Shown here one piece after another: positions 48,714-50,524 of a stretch of DNA of 50,524 bases. The stretch is from Octopus bimaculoides. Its lineage: Eukaryota. Location: the NCBI RefSeq assembly GCF_001194135.2, contig NC_068992.1, positions 14,354,615-14,405,138 on the forward strand. Direction: 5' to 3'. Position 1 is the first letter of the stretch; each line of letters begins with the position of its first letter. The notes below the pieces were generated by a model that did no database searches, was not told where the DNA came from, and saw only the letters and a program-made list of their open reading frames with translations. A program made the position numbers and the translations under genes.

Positions 48714-49100
48714 AATGAGAAACGAAAAACGAAAACAGAAAACGAACTTTTTTCGAACAACGAAAAAAAAAACAAACAGAGAAACGAGACATGCAGCATA
48801 AAGAGTATATCCCTTCGTCAGCTGTCCCGTTCCATCTACTCCGCGTTTCGAAGGCAAGGACAATACGCGACTTCGTTGGAACAATCCTTCCCGCAAAGCA
48901 AACGAAATAAAATTTGGAATTTTTTGCGGAGGGTGAAAGTGTTAACAAGAACAGGACTCGAAACGCGGAGTAGATGGACAGGGACAACTGACGAAGGGAT
49001 ATACTCTTTATGTTGCATGTCTCGTTTCTTTGTTTGTTTGTTTGTTTGTTTGTTTTTTCGTTGTTCGAAAAAAGTTCGTTTTCTGTTTTCGTTTCTCATT
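48714..49100. repeat. Inverted repeat, ~140 bp arms (48714-48851 / 48958-49100), 106 bp spacer
   Basis: aatgagaaacg...ccgcgtttcga vs tcgaaacgcgg...cgtttctcatt. Confidence 0.92.
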
Positions 49101-49443
49101 GTGTTTAACGTTTTTTTTTATGTCCTATACCCATATATGCATGTATGTATACATATAGATGTAGGTATGTACATATATGTATGGATATATGCATATATCT
49201 ATATATTTATATTATTTATATTATTATATGATCGAATGCCACGCATCCTTTTCCAACTATATATATATATATATTTAGATTCAAAATTGATTGCTCTGCA
49301 TTTTGCATTTAATGTAATGCTCGCATTAGTTAAATAAATGGAGTAGCATGTTGCTTTTTTGTTTTTTGATATATATATATATATATAGGGAGAATTCACA
49401 AAAAAAACAAAAGACGAAGACAGGTAGTGTAGACAACAAACAG

Positions 49444-49479
<36 letters not shown>

Positions 49480-49489
49480 NNNNNNNNNN

Positions 49490-49520
<31 letters not shown>

Positions 49521-49542
49521 TATATATGTGTGTATGTGTGTG

Positions 49543-49606
<64 letters not shown>

Positions 49607-49799
49607 GTTATGGTATATTCTGTTAAGAACGTAGCAGAGTACAGTATAAAGCTCATCCACCTTCAGATTTACCCTGTGCTATCCAGTAGTGGTATTATAC
49701 GTACTTCCAGGTTTGCGTTTGGGTATCTGTCGTATATGAATAGATAACTGAAAAAATTGAAGTCAAGAAGGGGTACGGTTGAATATTTATTTATTTAGT

Positions 49800-50098
49800 C
49801 ACTACAATTGTTTCCACACAATGTAGTTCTCCAGGAGTGCAGGTATTTGATTATGCAACTGTCTCCCTGCATTATGAGATCTAGTTGTAGTAGTGAATTT
49901 AGTAGTAGTGACTACTACTGAATTCAGGCCACGACAGACATACGGGATGCTTTTGAAGCCGAGGGTTTTAAACTTACGGAGACGATATTTACATATCGCT
50001 TGAGGAAACACAACTAGATCTCATAATGCAGGGAAACAGTTGTATAATCAAGTACCTCCATGCCTGGAGAACTACGTTGCGTCGAAACAATTGTAGTG
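49800..50098. mobile_element. MITE with ~90 bp TIRs beginning CACTACAA
   Basis: CACTACAATTGTTTC...GAGATCTAGTTGT vs ACAACTAGATCTC...GAAACAATTGTAGTG; TSD ambiguous. Confidence 0.8.
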
Positions 50099-50194
50099 AT
50101 TAAAAAATGAATGTCCAACTGTACCTCTTCTTGTTGACTCCTATTTTTCCAATATGCGTGTGTGTGCGCGTGTGTAATTAGATAGAGACAGATA

Positions 50195-50217
50195 GTCAGA
50201 CAGAAGGAGAGAGAGAT

Positions 50218-50277
<60 letters not shown>
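50195..50277. repeat. (GACA)/(GA)/(GATA)n microsatellite
   Basis: Directly visible. Confidence 0.95.
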
Positions 50278-50314
50278 ACACGCACATATGTATATATTAT
50301 TTATTCCTTTATTC

Positions 50315-50524
50315 TTCTATTTGTTTCAGTTATTTGACTGCGGCCATGCTGGAGCACCGTCTTTAGTCGAGCAAATCTACCCTAGGACGTATTCTTTGTA
50401 AGCCTAGTGCTTATTCTATAGGCCACTTTTGCCGAACCGCTAAGTTACGGGGACATAAACACACCAGCATCGGTTGTCAAGCGATGTTGGGGGATAAATA
50501 CAGACACACAAACATACACACACA
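50315..50524 (-). mobile_element. SINE family A, 3' part (cut by window end)
   Basis: ttgtttcagttatttgactgcggccatgctggagcaccg...ggttgtcaagcgatg. Confidence 0.92.

Overview
AT-rich, gapped, repeat-dense eukaryotic DNA. The SINE families and the (TATG)n/(AAT)n/(GATA)n microsatellites look like an octopus/cephalopod genome; this is inferred from recalled repeat families, not from a search. No intact protein-coding gene is visible; almost all ORFs in the supplied track are microsatellite or N-gap artefacts. The main structure is a tRNA-Cys(GCA) birth-and-death field. Three near-canonical genes (35602+, 39618-, 41437-) and one mildly decayed copy (45114-) lie in the right half. A decayed tandem array of ~1.5-2.1 kb units at 12-25 kb carries at least 5 further tRNA-Cys pseudogenes, each followed by a shared non-coding block. 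A TT(T/C)AAAT element at about -35..-29 is kept in both live and dead copies. Mobile elements include three or four tRNA-derived SINE families, RTE/RLE/Penelope-like fragments, two homologous ORF1-like fragments, an internally deleted maT (DD37D-type) element, a mariner MITE, a hAT MITE with an 8-bp TSD, two inverted non-autonomous Helitrons and a CACTA-like MITE. There is also a ~950 bp palindrome, a near-identical inverted duplication 16 kb apart, and one candidate coding exon at 29169-29245.
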